DNA of 64,000 nt, taken from Nocardioides sp. Its GTDB lineage: Bacteria > Actinomycetota > Actinomycetes > Propionibacteriales > Nocardioidaceae. The notes below the pieces were generated by a model. The model did not search any database. It was not told the origin of the DNA and saw only the letters and a program-made list of their open reading frames with translations. This document shows positions 1-9,387 of the stretch, piece after piece. Within the stretch, counting starts at the first letter, position 1. Every line of letters starts with the position of its first letter. The DNA lies in assembly GCA_039916425.1 (NCBI GenBank), contig JBDSLK010000180.1, forward strand, positions 2,383 through 66,382, written 5' to 3'. Position numbers and translations under genes: made by a program.

Positions 1-528
1 CTGGCATTCATCGACGGGATGCACCTGGCCGAGTACGCACTGCGAGACTTCATCAACACCGAACGCCACTGTCACCCCGCCAGCGTGATCGTCATCGACG
101 ACGTCTTGCCCCGCACTGTCGACGAAGGGGGCCGAGGACGAGTCGGCAGTGCCGTCAAGGGTGCCGCCTGGGCCGGCGACGTCTACAAGATCATCGACGT
201 GCTGCGTACACGCCGGCCGGATTTGGTGCTGCTCGAGATGGACACCAGTCCGACCGGCACGCTCGTCGTGCTTGTGCCGGACGCCGCGAACACCAGTCTC
301 GGGGAGGCGTACGACGACGTCGTGCCCGAGTTGGTCGTGCCCGATCCCCAGGCGGTGCCTGACTGGTCGCTCACGCGCAGCCGTGCTATCGATCCCAACG
401 CGCTCCTCGACGCAGCCATCTGGAAGGAGATCCGCGAGGCGCGGGAGCGAAGTTTCGAGGAGGCGAGGGGTGCGCTCAGTACTGCCTACGTCAAGGCCGG
501 GCTCTCCGCTGTTAGGGGGAACTGGTGA
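1..528 (+). CDS. Class I SAM-dependent methyltransferase (Methyltransf_24-like), 5'-truncated by the window edge
   Basis: Frame 1 reads LAFIDGMHLAEYALRDF...VIVIDDVLP...WAGDVYK, matching the typical FIDGxH...DF...vvvDD pattern. Stop at 526-528 overlaps the next GTG. Confidence 0.75.
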   Translation: MAFIDGMHLAEYALRDFINTERHCHPASVIVIDDVLPRTVDEGGRGRVGSAVKGAAWAGDVYKIIDVLRTRRPDLVLLEMDTSPTGTLVVLVPDAANTSLGEAYDDVVPELVVPDPQAVPDWSLTRSRAIDPNALLDAAIWKEIREARERSFEEARGALSTAYVKAGLSAVRGNW

Positions 529-1010
529 CCGCCGAATACTTGGAGGTCGACGAGCAGTTGAGCTGGGCCCGCCGAGTCAGGGGCGAGGTCAACGTCCAGC
601 TGAGGCTGCCCGGCGTGCGGCTCGAGCCCGGCGCAGCTCGCGTGAGGCTGGCAAACGCAGGTCATCAGCTCCGCCTGCCTGCTGTCGTGAAGGCAGCGGA
701 AGGTGCCACCGTGGTCGCCTTCAGCGCTCCGCAGTCTCAGCTTGGGCGCACCGCGTGGCGGCTCGCGATCCGGCCCTCCAACGGCGCTCAGTTCGTCCGT
801 ATGCGAGCGCGCCTGCTGGCATCGGCGACATCGCCCGTCGCGCTACTCACCGGCCCGGAACCAGCCAGCCCGATGCCCCCACCGACTCCGCGCATGCGGC
901 GAACGCCGGCTCGCCGGTTGGCCAGCGGCCTGCCCGCCCCGGTCCGACGCGTGCTGCTCCGCGCACGGGCCTTGGTACGACAAGGCGTCGGGGGGCATAC
1001 GAGCCGATGA
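525..1010 (+). CDS. Hypothetical protein, beta-rich N-terminus with basic C-terminal tail; in the glycan locus operon
   Basis: GTGA and ATGA 4-nt overlaps with both neighbours indicate translational coupling. Confidence 0.65.
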   Translation: MTAEYLEVDEQLSWARRVRGEVNVQLRLPGVRLEPGAARVRLANAGHQLRLPAVVKAAEGATVVAFSAPQSQLGRTAWRLAIRPSNGAQFVRMRARLLASATSPVALLTGPEPASPMPPPTPRMRRTPARRLASGLPAPVRRVLLRARALVRQGVGGHTSR

Positions 1011-2794
1011 CCGGCAGACGGGCACCGCGTCATCCCTGGGCCACGCTGCGTCGAATGGCGGTCCACCTCAAGGCGCCGTTCACTCGCACCGAGGAGAGCT
1101 CGAGATCCAAGGCCCCTCCCATCACCGGGGGCGACACATGGCGCGCAGCGGCAACGGAGAGGATGGGCGAGCCTGGTGATCGCGCGGTGGTGGTCCTGGC
1201 TGACTCGGTGTTCCCGGGCGACGTCCATGGCTGGCTCCGCGAGTTCTCCAGCGACGACGTCACCGTTCTCTCCGTCTACCCGGTGACCAACCTCGACGAC
1301 GTTGTGGCCCGCCTGTCCCGGCTCACTACCCAGGACGTCATCCTGGTCGTGCTCGGGCCCGCGGCGCTCGTCTCGTTGGCTCAGGACCACGGCACTCTGT
1401 TCGAGTCCTTGTTCCTGCACCTGCGGGCCGGCGGTGTCTACGTCGTGGACCGGACCGTCCAGCAGCGCGAGCCGGGTGACGCTCGGCCCTGCCGCACCGC
1501 AGAACACTTCCACCGGATGCTCGCGGCTGCTCAGGGCCGCGACGTCGGGCTCGGCCTCAGCCGGCGCGACATCGCGATCGCCCGCTATCTCAAAGCCGTT
1601 CTCGTGTCCGAGCAGCTCGTTGTCGTCACCAAGCGCGGGCGGCACGCCCTGAAGCTCCGCGAGCACCAGGTCCCCGAGCTCCTGACAGCACGGGAGCCCG
1701 GGATGGCCGTTTCTGTGCTGGAGGTTCGCCCCGCCGGCCAGCTGAACATCCAGATAGAGGAGTCGTCGTACGGTCCCGGCCGCGCAGATCCGTGGCCCAC
1801 GCAACTCGAGTTCCCGGAGATGACCCTCCGGCACTACGCGGGGACCATCGTCAGCGCAGGCGGGATGCGCCTTCACACTGGAAACACGATCCTGCCTGAC
1901 TCCTTCCGGTGGTCGCACGCGAAGATTCTTCGCAATCGGCGGTACCCGTCGGTCACGCCCTTGTTCTCGCGGCTCGACCAAGCTTTACCAACTCGGATTC
2001 TCGACGGGGACTACTACTTCCTCGACTGCATGTTCAGTGGCCACTTCGGGCACCTGACAAGCGAGGTGCTGTGCCGCCTGTGGGGCTGGGACCGCGCCAA
2101 GCGCGAGATGCCGGAACTCAAAGCGCTCTTCCACACCAACCCGGCTCGCCGCGCGGACGGATCCCTGGAGCGTCGACTCTTCACCGCCTACGGCATCGCG
2201 GAGTCGGACCTGGTCTGGTCGGACCAACCCGTGCAGCTGCGGAGCGTCGTGGGAGCCTCGCCAATGTGGCACAACAAGTCGCCCTACTACGCACACCCGG
2301 ACATCAGGGAGACTTGGGAGAGGTTGACCACTGGACTGCTCGCAGACACCCAGCCCGCCGAGCACGAGCGGATCTTTGTCTCCCGCGGTGCTTCCTTGAG
2401 CCGCCGACGAGAGTGTCGCAACCAGGCGGAAGTGGAGCACTTCTTCGCCGTCCGCGGGTACCACGTCTTCTACCCCGAGGAGCTTCCGCTCGTCGAGCAG
2501 GTCAGACTGTTCGCCGGCGCTCGGGTCGTGGCCGGGTTCGGCGGGTCAGCGATGTGCAATCTCATGCACGCCAAGCGACTCGAGGCCGTGGTCGTGATCA
2601 GCCACAATGCCTACACGGCCCGCAACGAGCACCTATTCACCTCGGTGCTCGGTGCCCACATGCACTACTTCTGGCAGTCGTCGGACGTCGAGCCGCCGGA
2701 GGTCGGGCGGAGCAAGGCCTCCGACCGGTCTTCCTTCTCGTTCGATTTCGCCACCCATGGTCATGACCTCGCGCGAGTGCTAAGCGGGCTCTGA
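1007..2794 (+). CDS. Glycosyltransferase family 61 (DUF563)-like protein with a methyltransferase-like N-terminal region
   Basis: ATG at 1007 overlaps the upstream stop. C-terminal motifs GHFGHLTSE, RIFVSRG..RRECRN, FYPEELPLVEQVRLFAGARVVAGFGGSAMCN. N-terminal LFLHLRAGGVYVVD resembles a class I MTase strand. Confidence 0.8.
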   Translation: MTGRRAPRHPWATLRRMAVHLKAPFTRTEESSRSKAPPITGGDTWRAAATERMGEPGDRAVVVLADSVFPGDVHGWLREFSSDDVTVLSVYPVTNLDDVVARLSRLTTQDVILVVLGPAALVSLAQDHGTLFESLFLHLRAGGVYVVDRTVQQREPGDARPCRTAEHFHRMLAAAQGRDVGLGLSRRDIAIARYLKAVLVSEQLVVVTKRGRHALKLREHQVPELLTAREPGMAVSVLEVRPAGQLNIQIEESSYGPGRADPWPTQLEFPEMTLRHYAGTIVSAGGMRLHTGNTILPDSFRWSHAKILRNRRYPSVTPLFSRLDQALPTRILDGDYYFLDCMFSGHFGHLTSEVLCRLWGWDRAKREMPELKALFHTNPARRADGSLERRLFTAYGIAESDLVWSDQPVQLRSVVGASPMWHNKSPYYAHPDIRETWERLTTGLLADTQPAEHERIFVSRGASLSRRRECRNQAEVEHFFAVRGYHVFYPEELPLVEQVRLFAGARVVAGFGGSAMCNLMHAKRLEAVVVISHNAYTARNEHLFTSVLGAHMHYFWQSSDVEPPEVGRSKASDRSSFSFDFATHGHDLARVLSGL

Positions 2795-2939
2795 CCACGC
2801 CAAGCCGGCCGCGCCGGCCTGGGCTCTAGGGTCTTCATCCGCTCGCACTGCCAGTCACCCACCAGCGCTTGCGATGAGAACACCACGTTGCGCTGCCGGG
2901 CGACCGCCTGAACCCGCACGCACTCGCACGAGCCAGCCG

Positions 2940-2983
2940 CTACGGATCAGAAGGTTTGGGGTTCGTATCCCTACCGACGCGCA
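2940..2983 (+). pseudogene. Degenerate 3' half of tRNA-Arg(ACG); probable att-site remnant
   Basis: CTACGGATCAGAAGGTTTGGGGTTCGTATCCCTACCGACGCGCA contains the anticodon loop CTACGGA, the variable region, a T-arm (GTTCGTAT vs canonical GTTCGAAT) and the acceptor 3' strand. No D-arm or 5' acceptor strand lies upstream. Confidence 0.8.
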
Positions 2984-3083
2984 AGAGTCGTCGCAGGTCA
3001 GCCCCGCTACGGGCCACGGGTGCAGAGCGGCCTTCCTACCTGTCCCAGGGTGTGTCCCATCCGCGAGGGCTACTCTGCGAAGA

Positions 3084-3404
3084 GTGTCGTCCCTCTGGTC
3101 AGAGAACTCGGTCCTCTCGATCTTCTCGCAGGACTCGACCCTCTCCATTGGCAGCGCTGTCTCCTTCGCGTCGTTCGCGAGCATCGGCTCGTTCGCCTCG
3201 GCCGGTTCGATCGGGTCGGCGATGTCGGCCGCCTCGCTGCTGTCGGACCAGAGCGCGGGCTCGGTCCTCAGCCACCAGAGCAACGGATCCGTCCTGTCCA
3301 GCCAGGCCAGCTGGGCGGTCCGCGGCCGCCAGACCCATGGTCGGATCCCGGCCCGGGTTCTCGCCCCAGCCCAGGATTGTCCGCGTACGCTGGCGCGGAG
3401 TTGA
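3084..3404 (+). CDS. Small Ser-periodic repeat protein (xSxxSxxSx 9-mers)
   Basis: GTG at 3084 in the 2874..3404 frame, followed by about 8 consecutive 9-residue repeats such as LSIGSAVSF, ASAGSIGSA, QSAGSVLSH. Confidence 0.6.
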   Translation: MSSLWSENSVLSIFSQDSTLSIGSAVSFASFASIGSFASAGSIGSAMSAASLLSDQSAGSVLSHQSNGSVLSSQASWAVRGRQTHGRIPARVLAPAQDCPRTLARS

Positions 3405-3630
3405 AGCACGAGGCGGGGGAGCTGGTCGTCCTCGCCGTTGGGCCCGAGCGGAGCAAACGCTGCCATCCGAGAGGCCCCTTCGAACATTCGCGTGACTTGG
3501 CGGGAGGCTCCCCATCACTCTCGCGCTCATCGGGTCTGTGCGGAACGCTCGGCCGCGCGGCACCGCTGCGGGCTGACCGCCGTCCGGTTCTGAGTCGGTT
3601 CACTTCGCATGCGCCGACGCCTGCCGTGCT

Positions 3631-4635
3631 TCAGGTGCCGAGCCGGTCGTCGAGAAGCCCCATGATCGGCCAGGCGCCTTCTGACCAGTTCGAGATGACT
3701 GAGTAGGTGATCGAGGACGAGGGCTGGTGCTTGCTGGAGAACGACACGCCCGCGTCGTACCCCTCCAGTTGGACTCCGTCGCCGGTGGCGTGCAGGTGGA
3801 ACCCGAGGCCGTAGCGCTTGGACTCCTCCGGCCAGTCACTGTGCGGTCGCACCATCTCGGCGACCCGCTGCGGCGAGACGATCCGTCCGGCGAAGAGTGA
3901 GTCCCAGAAGGCGTTGAGGTCGGCAGCCGTCGAGTAGATGCCGCCGTCGCCGTTGCCGAGCACGGGGAGATGGAAAACGTTCGTTCTCAAGCCGTCAACG
4001 AAGAGGTAGCCTCGCGCGGCGCGGCCCGGGAGCTCATCGGAGCGTAGGAACGCGGTGTCGAGCATGCCTGCAGGCTCGCAGACCAGCGTGCGAACCAGCT
4101 GCTCGAAGTCCATGCCGGTGGCCCGTTCGGCGAGCAGGGCGAGCACGACGTAGCCGCCGTTGTTGTACTGAAACCGCTCGCCAGCGGGGAACACCGTCTC
4201 GTACCCGCCCAGCACTGGCAGGAACTGTTCGGTGGTCGCGAGCTCGTGCACCGACACCGGCATCATCCAGTAACCTGCGTCGTCAACGGCGTCCTCATCG
4301 AGGTAGTCGCCGATCCCGGACCGGTGTGCAAGCAACTGTTCGATCGTCACGTCGTCGGAGATCAGGGGCAGGTCGTCCCCGAGCAGCGAACGCGCGCGAG
4401 TGGCAAGCTCAAACGTCCCACGCTCGACCAGGCCCATGACCGCCAGCGCCGTCAGGCCCTTCGTTCCGCTCGCGGTCGCGAACAGGGTCTCGACCGTGTT
4501 CAGGACCCCGTGGGCACGGTCGGCGAACCCATAGGCTGCGCAGAACTCGGTCTCGCCCGCTCGGTCGAGGCGGACCACGCCGGAGAATCCGGAGCGCTCG
4601 GCCGCTGCATCCACCTCGTCCTGGAGTGACTGCAT
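3631..4635 (-). CDS. Serine hydrolase, beta-lactamase class C / D-aminopeptidase-like family
   Basis: SxxK (FATASGTK), LLAHRSG, YxN (FQYNN), DGGIYSTAADL, YGLG. Confidence 0.9.
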   Translation of the reverse strand: MQSLQDEVDAAAERSGFSGVVRLDRAGETEFCAAYGFADRAHGVLNTVETLFATASGTKGLTALAVMGLVERGTFELATRARSLLGDDLPLISDDVTIEQLLAHRSGIGDYLDEDAVDDAGYWMMPVSVHELATTEQFLPVLGGYETVFPAGERFQYNNGGYVVLALLAERATGMDFEQLVRTLVCEPAGMLDTAFLRSDELPGRAARGYLFVDGLRTNVFHLPVLGNGDGGIYSTAADLNAFWDSLFAGRIVSPQRVAEMVRPHSDWPEESKRYGLGFHLHATGDGVQLEGYDAGVSFSSKHQPSSSITYSVISNWSEGAWPIMGLLDDRLGT

Positions 4636-5289
4636 CTGCTGAACCTACCAAGCAGTCTCTAGGGATATCAGCCCTCGTGGCATCCGCTCATCGGCTGGGA
4701 CCGAGGGGGACCGCGGCAATATTTGTGCGGGATCCCTGCTCGGGACTCGACTAGCCATTGGATGGTTTACGAGACACGCGTGGGCCAACCGATCAGGGAC
4801 GACGGCCCGATGACGCATGATGTCGAACGGGGCACGCCGACTGTGGGCGGGCTGGTGATCGTGTTCAGCGCCACCATTGCCTATCTGGTGGCCACGCTGC
4901 TGACCGGCGGGCGGCCCAGCACCGGTGCCAGGGGCTCACCAGCCGCGCCAAGATGGCCGGACATACGGTGGTCGCCCTTGGATTCGGACTTCTGGCGACG
5001 CAGTTCTGCGTTCGGTGTGGAGGCTTCAGGTGTCGAGCCTTGCCCAGACCGACTTCGCCAGCACAGCGTGACCTGGGCCGGTGCGTCTATCGACGATGAG
5101 ATCCTGGCGTTCGTCCATGTCGTTGGGACGGCAGCATTCACGGCTTCTTGCTCGACACGGGAGGCGGTGAGTTCGTGTCGATTGGCGTGCCGGCGTGCCT
5201 CGCCGATGAGTAGCGTCCTCACGGCGCGCCACCAGCACGAGACGATGCCGTCCCGGGTGCCGGTGCGCAGTTCCCCCTATGATGCGGGC

Positions 5290-6096
5290 GTGGGACTCGC
5301 CTCTGGGCTCAATGCTGTGGTCACCGGCCCGGCCGGCGCCCCGGTGTTGGTGTTTCTGCACGGGTTCCTGTGCGGGCAGGCCATGTGGCGTCACGTCGTC
5401 CCCGCCTTCGAGGGCGAGTACCAGGTCCTCCTGCTCGATCTGCCGTGTTCGGGCGACGCCGACCCGGTGACCTATGACGCCGAGCGCCACGCCTCGCTCC
5501 AGGGCTACGCCGACGACGTTCTTCGGGTCCTGGACGAGCTCGGCCTCGACGACGTCACGATCGTCGGCCACTCGGTCTCGTCCATGATCGCTGTCCTGGC
5601 GCACGTTGCCTCGCCGTCGACGGTGTCCCGCTTGGTGCTGGTGGCCCCGTCTGCCCGGTACGTCGATGAGGGTGACTACCGGGGTGGTTTCACCACGTCT
5701 GAGATCGAGGAGCTGCTCGGGGTGATGGAGCGCAACCACCTCGGCTGGCAGGGGCCGCTGTCCGGCCTGGTCGCCGGGGAGGGACACGACGCGTCGCGGG
5801 CGGAGCTGGAGGACAGCTTCTGTCGCGCGCGCCCGGAGATCGCGGCACAGTTCGCCGCGGTGACGTTCCGCGGGGACAACCGGTCCGACCTGCAACGGGT
5901 CACGGCGCCCACCCTGGTCCTCCAGGTCCGTGACGACGCGATCGCTCCGCTGACGGCTGGGCAGTTCGTCCACCAGCACATCACCGGTTCACAGCTGCAG
6001 GTGCTGGAGACCTTCGGCCACTCCCCCCACCTGTCCGACCCGGGCGACGTCGTCGCGGCTATCCGCGGATTCCTGAGTGTCCCAGTCCCGAGCTGA
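5290..6096 (+). CDS. rsbQ: RsbQ-like alpha/beta hydrolase (KAI2/D14-related family)
   Basis: HGFLCGQAMWR, GHSVS nucleophile elbow, APSARY..GDYRGGF, DDAIAP, GHSPHLS. Lies directly upstream of a PAS-PP2C gene. Start taken at GTG 5290. Confidence 0.85.
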   Translation: MGLASGLNAVVTGPAGAPVLVFLHGFLCGQAMWRHVVPAFEGEYQVLLLDLPCSGDADPVTYDAERHASLQGYADDVLRVLDELGLDDVTIVGHSVSSMIAVLAHVASPSTVSRLVLVAPSARYVDEGDYRGGFTTSEIEELLGVMERNHLGWQGPLSGLVAGEGHDASRAELEDSFCRARPEIAAQFAAVTFRGDNRSDLQRVTAPTLVLQVRDDAIAPLTAGQFVHQHITGSQLQVLETFGHSPHLSDPGDVVAAIRGFLSVPVPS

Positions 6097-7219
6097 CCCG
6101 CCGGTGGGAGAGGCTGACCTGTTCGACGCGGCCCCGTGCGGGTACGTCGTGCTGGGGCGCGGGGGCCTCATCGAGCGGGCGAACGCCGAGTTCTTGAGGC
6201 TGGTCGGCGCCGCTGGCGGTGACGTGGTGGGGGTGCGCACCTTGGGCAGTCTGCTGTCAGCCGGCGGGAGGATCCTGCTGGAGACGCACCTCCTGCCGAT
6301 GCTCGAGCGCGCAGGCGCCGTACGAGAGATCGCGCTGGAGCTGGTCCGACCGGACGGCCAGCGGGTGCCGGTGCTCCTGAACGCCTCCGTCCACGACCGC
6401 GCGACGCAGGCGCTTCTCGTAGTCGTGCTCGAGACGCGCGACCGGCACCGGTTCGAGGACGATCTCCTCGAGGCCAAGCGGTCCGCCGAGCAGGCTCGCG
6501 AGCACGCCGCCTCCCTCGCCGCTACGCTGCAGGAGACGCTGATCCCGCCCAACCCGCCGACGATCCCGCACCTGGACATCGCCGGCGTCTACCGGCCAGC
6601 CGGCAGTGGGCGCGAGGTGGGCGGCGACTTCTACGACGTGTTCCAGGTGGGCCCGAACGCATGGGTCGTCGCGCTCGGCGACGTCAGCGGCAAGGGGATC
6701 CCCGCGGCCGTGGTGACGTCGTTCGTCCGCTACCACGTCCGGGCGCTCGCGATGGTTCACCGGGACCCGGCCCGTCTACTGACCGCCTTGGACGCCGCGA
6801 TGCAGGCCAACGCGACCGAGCGCTTCTGCACCCTCGTCGTGGTCCGTCTGGAACGGCTCGACGGCCAGTGGGACCTCAGCCTCGCGCTGGCCGGTCATCC
6901 GCCGGGGCTGGTCCGGCGGGCCGACGGGAGCACCTACGAGCTGGGGGTGCCCGGAACGCCGGTCGGCCTGATTTCCGAGCCGGAGTTCCACACGGTGGGT
7001 CTCCCGCTCGGCGACGAGACGGTCGTCCTCTACACCGACGGCGTCACCGAGGCGCGCTCCCTCGAGGGCATGTACGGCGGGGACAGGCTGGCTGCCCTCG
7101 TCGCCAGCCTTCCCGCTGAGCCATCCCTCATCAGCGAGGCGATCGCGCGGGCGGCCCTCGCGTGGCAGTCCGAGATCGCGAGCGATGACATCGCCATCGT
7201 CACCTTCGCGGGGAGTTGA
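6077..7219 (+). CDS. RsbP-like PAS + PP2C (SpoIIE) Ser/Thr phosphatase
   Basis: N-terminal PAS (LFDAAPCGY...ANAEF...DGQRVPVLLN), a coiled coil, and intact PP2C motifs GGDFYD, GDVSGKG, YTDGVTE, DDIA. Confidence 0.9.
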   Translation: MSQSRADPPVGEADLFDAAPCGYVVLGRGGLIERANAEFLRLVGAAGGDVVGVRTLGSLLSAGGRILLETHLLPMLERAGAVREIALELVRPDGQRVPVLLNASVHDRATQALLVVVLETRDRHRFEDDLLEAKRSAEQAREHAASLAATLQETLIPPNPPTIPHLDIAGVYRPAGSGREVGGDFYDVFQVGPNAWVVALGDVSGKGIPAAVVTSFVRYHVRALAMVHRDPARLLTALDAAMQANATERFCTLVVVRLERLDGQWDLSLALAGHPPGLVRRADGSTYELGVPGTPVGLISEPEFHTVGLPLGDETVVLYTDGVTEARSLEGMYGGDRLAALVASLPAEPSLISEAIARAALAWQSEIASDDIAIVTFAGS

Positions 7220-7238
7220 TGGCCGGGGGCTCTGCCGG

Positions 7239-7886
7239 CTAGGTCCTTCGTTCCGCCTGGGGAGCGAGCCCGTGCTCGACGCCCCACAGCACTGCCTGGG
7301 TGCGGCGGGTCGCCCCGATCTTGCGGTAGGCCGTGCGGATGTAGGACTTCACGGAGTTGATGCTGAGGAACAGGCTCTTGGCGATGTCGTCGTTGCTGAG
7401 CCCCGCCGTGATCAGCTCGACGATCTGCATCTCGCGCTCTGTCAGCCCGAGCAGGCGGGCCGACGTGGACGACTCCGCTACCGGGGCGTAGGGCTGGACC
7501 AGGAAGCGGCCGTGATGACCGGCGCGCAGGGCCCGGATCGCGGTGACGACCTCGACGGCGCTGAGCTCCTTGGACAAGAAGGCGGCCGCACCGTCGCAGC
7601 GGGCCTCGCCCACGAGGTCGGGGCGGGTCGACCACGAGAACGCGATGACGAGGGCCTGCGGAGAGGTGCGGCTCAGCTGCTCGAGGGCGGCGAGCTGGTG
7701 GCGCTGCGGGTCGTAGACGATGACGTCGGCCCGCAGCGGGACGTCGGGGGTCCCCGAGAAGCAGATCACCTCGATCTCCGGTGCCACCTTCGACAACATC
7801 GCAACGGTCCCGGCCATGACGAGGGGCGCGTCCGCGACGAGGACGAGCCGGATCGTCGCCGCGCGCCCGACCTGGTCAAGCGACAT
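7239..7886 (-). CDS. NarL/LuxR-family response regulator with atypical receiver domain
   Basis: C-terminal LTEREMQIVELITAGLSNDDIAKSLFLSINSVKSYIRTAYRKIG HTH. The receiver has AD in place of DD. Confidence 0.85.
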   Translation of the reverse strand: MSLDQVGRAATIRLVLVADAPLVMAGTVAMLSKVAPEIEVICFSGTPDVPLRADVIVYDPQRHQLAALEQLSRTSPQALVIAFSWSTRPDLVGEARCDGAAAFLSKELSAVEVVTAIRALRAGHHGRFLVQPYAPVAESSTSARLLGLTEREMQIVELITAGLSNDDIAKSLFLSINSVKSYIRTAYRKIGATRRTQAVLWGVEHGLAPQAERRT

Positions 7887-9330
7887 GGTGGGGGACTCGA
7901 TTGATGTCCAGCGTCCGCTGGGTGGCCGAGTCCGCAGCCGAGGTGATCTCGATGTCGGCGGCGTACAGGCCGACGGCGTGGTTGACCGAGGTGAGGTCGG
8001 CCAGCAGGCGGACGGCGCTCGTGCTGAGGCTGGTCACCTCCGTGACGTCGAGGGACAGGCGGACAGTGCCTCCCCGGCTCGCGACCAAGATCTCGGCGGC
8101 GACGCGCTCGACGTCCTGGTGGGCGAAGGCGCCGCGTAGGGAGACCGCGTGCGGAGCGGTGTGCACCACCTCGACCCCTGCGTTCACGTGGGCGGTCCTC
8201 GGCGCCGGAGCGACGGTCTCGATCGGCACCGGGCGGGAGAGCCGGTGCTGGACGAAGGCCCTGGTCCCGCTCGGGCGGATGGCGACGCCCAGGTGGTCCA
8301 CCAGCCCAGCGGCCATCGCCAGGCCACGACCGCGCTCGCAGTCGTCGGAGGGTGCCTGCCACGTGCCGTGGTCGAGGACCTCGATCAGCACCACGCCGTT
8401 CGACTCCAGGTGCGCGCGCAGCTCGACCGCATGGTCGTCGCTGCCGGCGCCGTGCTGGATTGCGTTGGTGACCAGCTCGGACGCCGCGTGCGTGAGGCCC
8501 ATCTGGTCCATGGGCGAGGCGCGCAGCTCCGTCAGCCAGGTGCCCAGCTCCTCGCGGGCACAGCGGACGGGGTAGGTTTCACCCTCGAGGCGCACCACGA
8601 GAGCCCGGTGCGCCGGTGTCCGAAGACGCGCGCCGACGAGGCACAGCGCGTCGTCGGCGGCCAGGTGGCTCGCGATCGCCCCAGCGGTGCGATGCAGACC
8701 TGCGAACACCGGGTCAGCGCCGGCCCCGGCCGCGGCACCTGGGAACGGGACCGCCTCGGATCGATGCGCGGCGGCACTCGCGAGGAGGACCGCGTCGCCC
8801 TCGGCGAGGCTGCAGGTGGCGCGTGCGTAGCCCGTGCCGCCTCCGGTCCCGAGAGGGCCTCCGCCGGTGTCGCTGAGGAGCACGACTGGTCCGCCGGCCG
8901 GGAGCAGCCACGGTGGTGGGTGTCCGGCACTCGCATAGGTCGCGAGGCGGCGCACCGGGTCGAGCAGCACGATGGCCGCCGTGGTTCCCCGGGCATCGGC
9001 CACGTCCTCGGCGTGGAGGTCGGCGAGCTGCAGCGCGTCGACGGCGTCGCCGTCGCGGCGCAGGCCCGCTCGGATCACTCCCCGCATCTGTGCCGCAGCC
9101 ACCGCTGTGGCCATGCCGATCCCAGGCACTTCCCCCACGACCAGGGCCAGACGATCGTCGGGCAGCACGACGACGTCGAACCAGAGACCGCCGGGCTCGG
9201 TGGCGTCGTCCGGGAGGCAGAACCGTCCGTCGACGTCGAACATCGGCAGGACCGGCAGGCCGGTGGGTTGGATCACGTCGTACAGCGCCGTCACGAGCTC
9301 GAGGCCGTCGTGCTCCGGATCGTCGTCCAC
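7876..9330 (-). CDS. Fusion of degenerate SpoIIE/PP2C, HATPase_c (anti-sigma kinase-like) and STAS domains
   Basis: RBS GAGGAG before GTG 9330. PP2C-like GGLWFDV/VVGEVPG/ASAGHPPP, HATPase ASELVTNAIQHG...EVLDHG...RGRGL, C-terminal STAS LSLDVTEVTSLSTSAVRLL. Confidence 0.85.
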   Translation of the reverse strand: MDDDPEHDGLELVTALYDVIQPTGLPVLPMFDVDGRFCLPDDATEPGGLWFDVVVLPDDRLALVVGEVPGIGMATAVAAAQMRGVIRAGLRRDGDAVDALQLADLHAEDVADARGTTAAIVLLDPVRRLATYASAGHPPPWLLPAGGPVVLLSDTGGGPLGTGGGTGYARATCSLAEGDAVLLASAAAHRSEAVPFPGAAAGAGADPVFAGLHRTAGAIASHLAADDALCLVGARLRTPAHRALVVRLEGETYPVRCAREELGTWLTELRASPMDQMGLTHAASELVTNAIQHGAGSDDHAVELRAHLESNGVVLIEVLDHGTWQAPSDDCERGRGLAMAAGLVDHLGVAIRPSGTRAFVQHRLSRPVPIETVAPAPRTAHVNAGVEVVHTAPHAVSLRGAFAHQDVERVAAEILVASRGGTVRLSLDVTEVTSLSTSAVRLLADLTSVNHAVGLYAADIEITSAADSATQRTLDINRVPHHVA

Positions 9331-9387
9331 CTGACTCCTCAGCCTAGATTCGGGCGCGCGCCGCCGCCGCTCGGGTAGTGTCCCACC

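Noticed and set aside
149-1006. N-terminal 286 aa of the 881-aa ORF 149..2794
   Set aside because: Arg/Pro/Ser-rich off-frame read-through overlapping two better genes. The real start is likely ATG 1007 or later.
2900-2990. Intact tRNA-Arg gene
   Set aside because: No 5' acceptor strand or D-arm, and the T-loop is mutated. Reported only as a fragment.
4723-5289. Long N-terminal extension of RsbQ, or a small TM peptide (GGLVIVFSATIAYLVATLL)
   Set aside because: Poor codon bias and no recognisable family. RsbQ homology starts near 5290. It may be a relic but cannot be supported.
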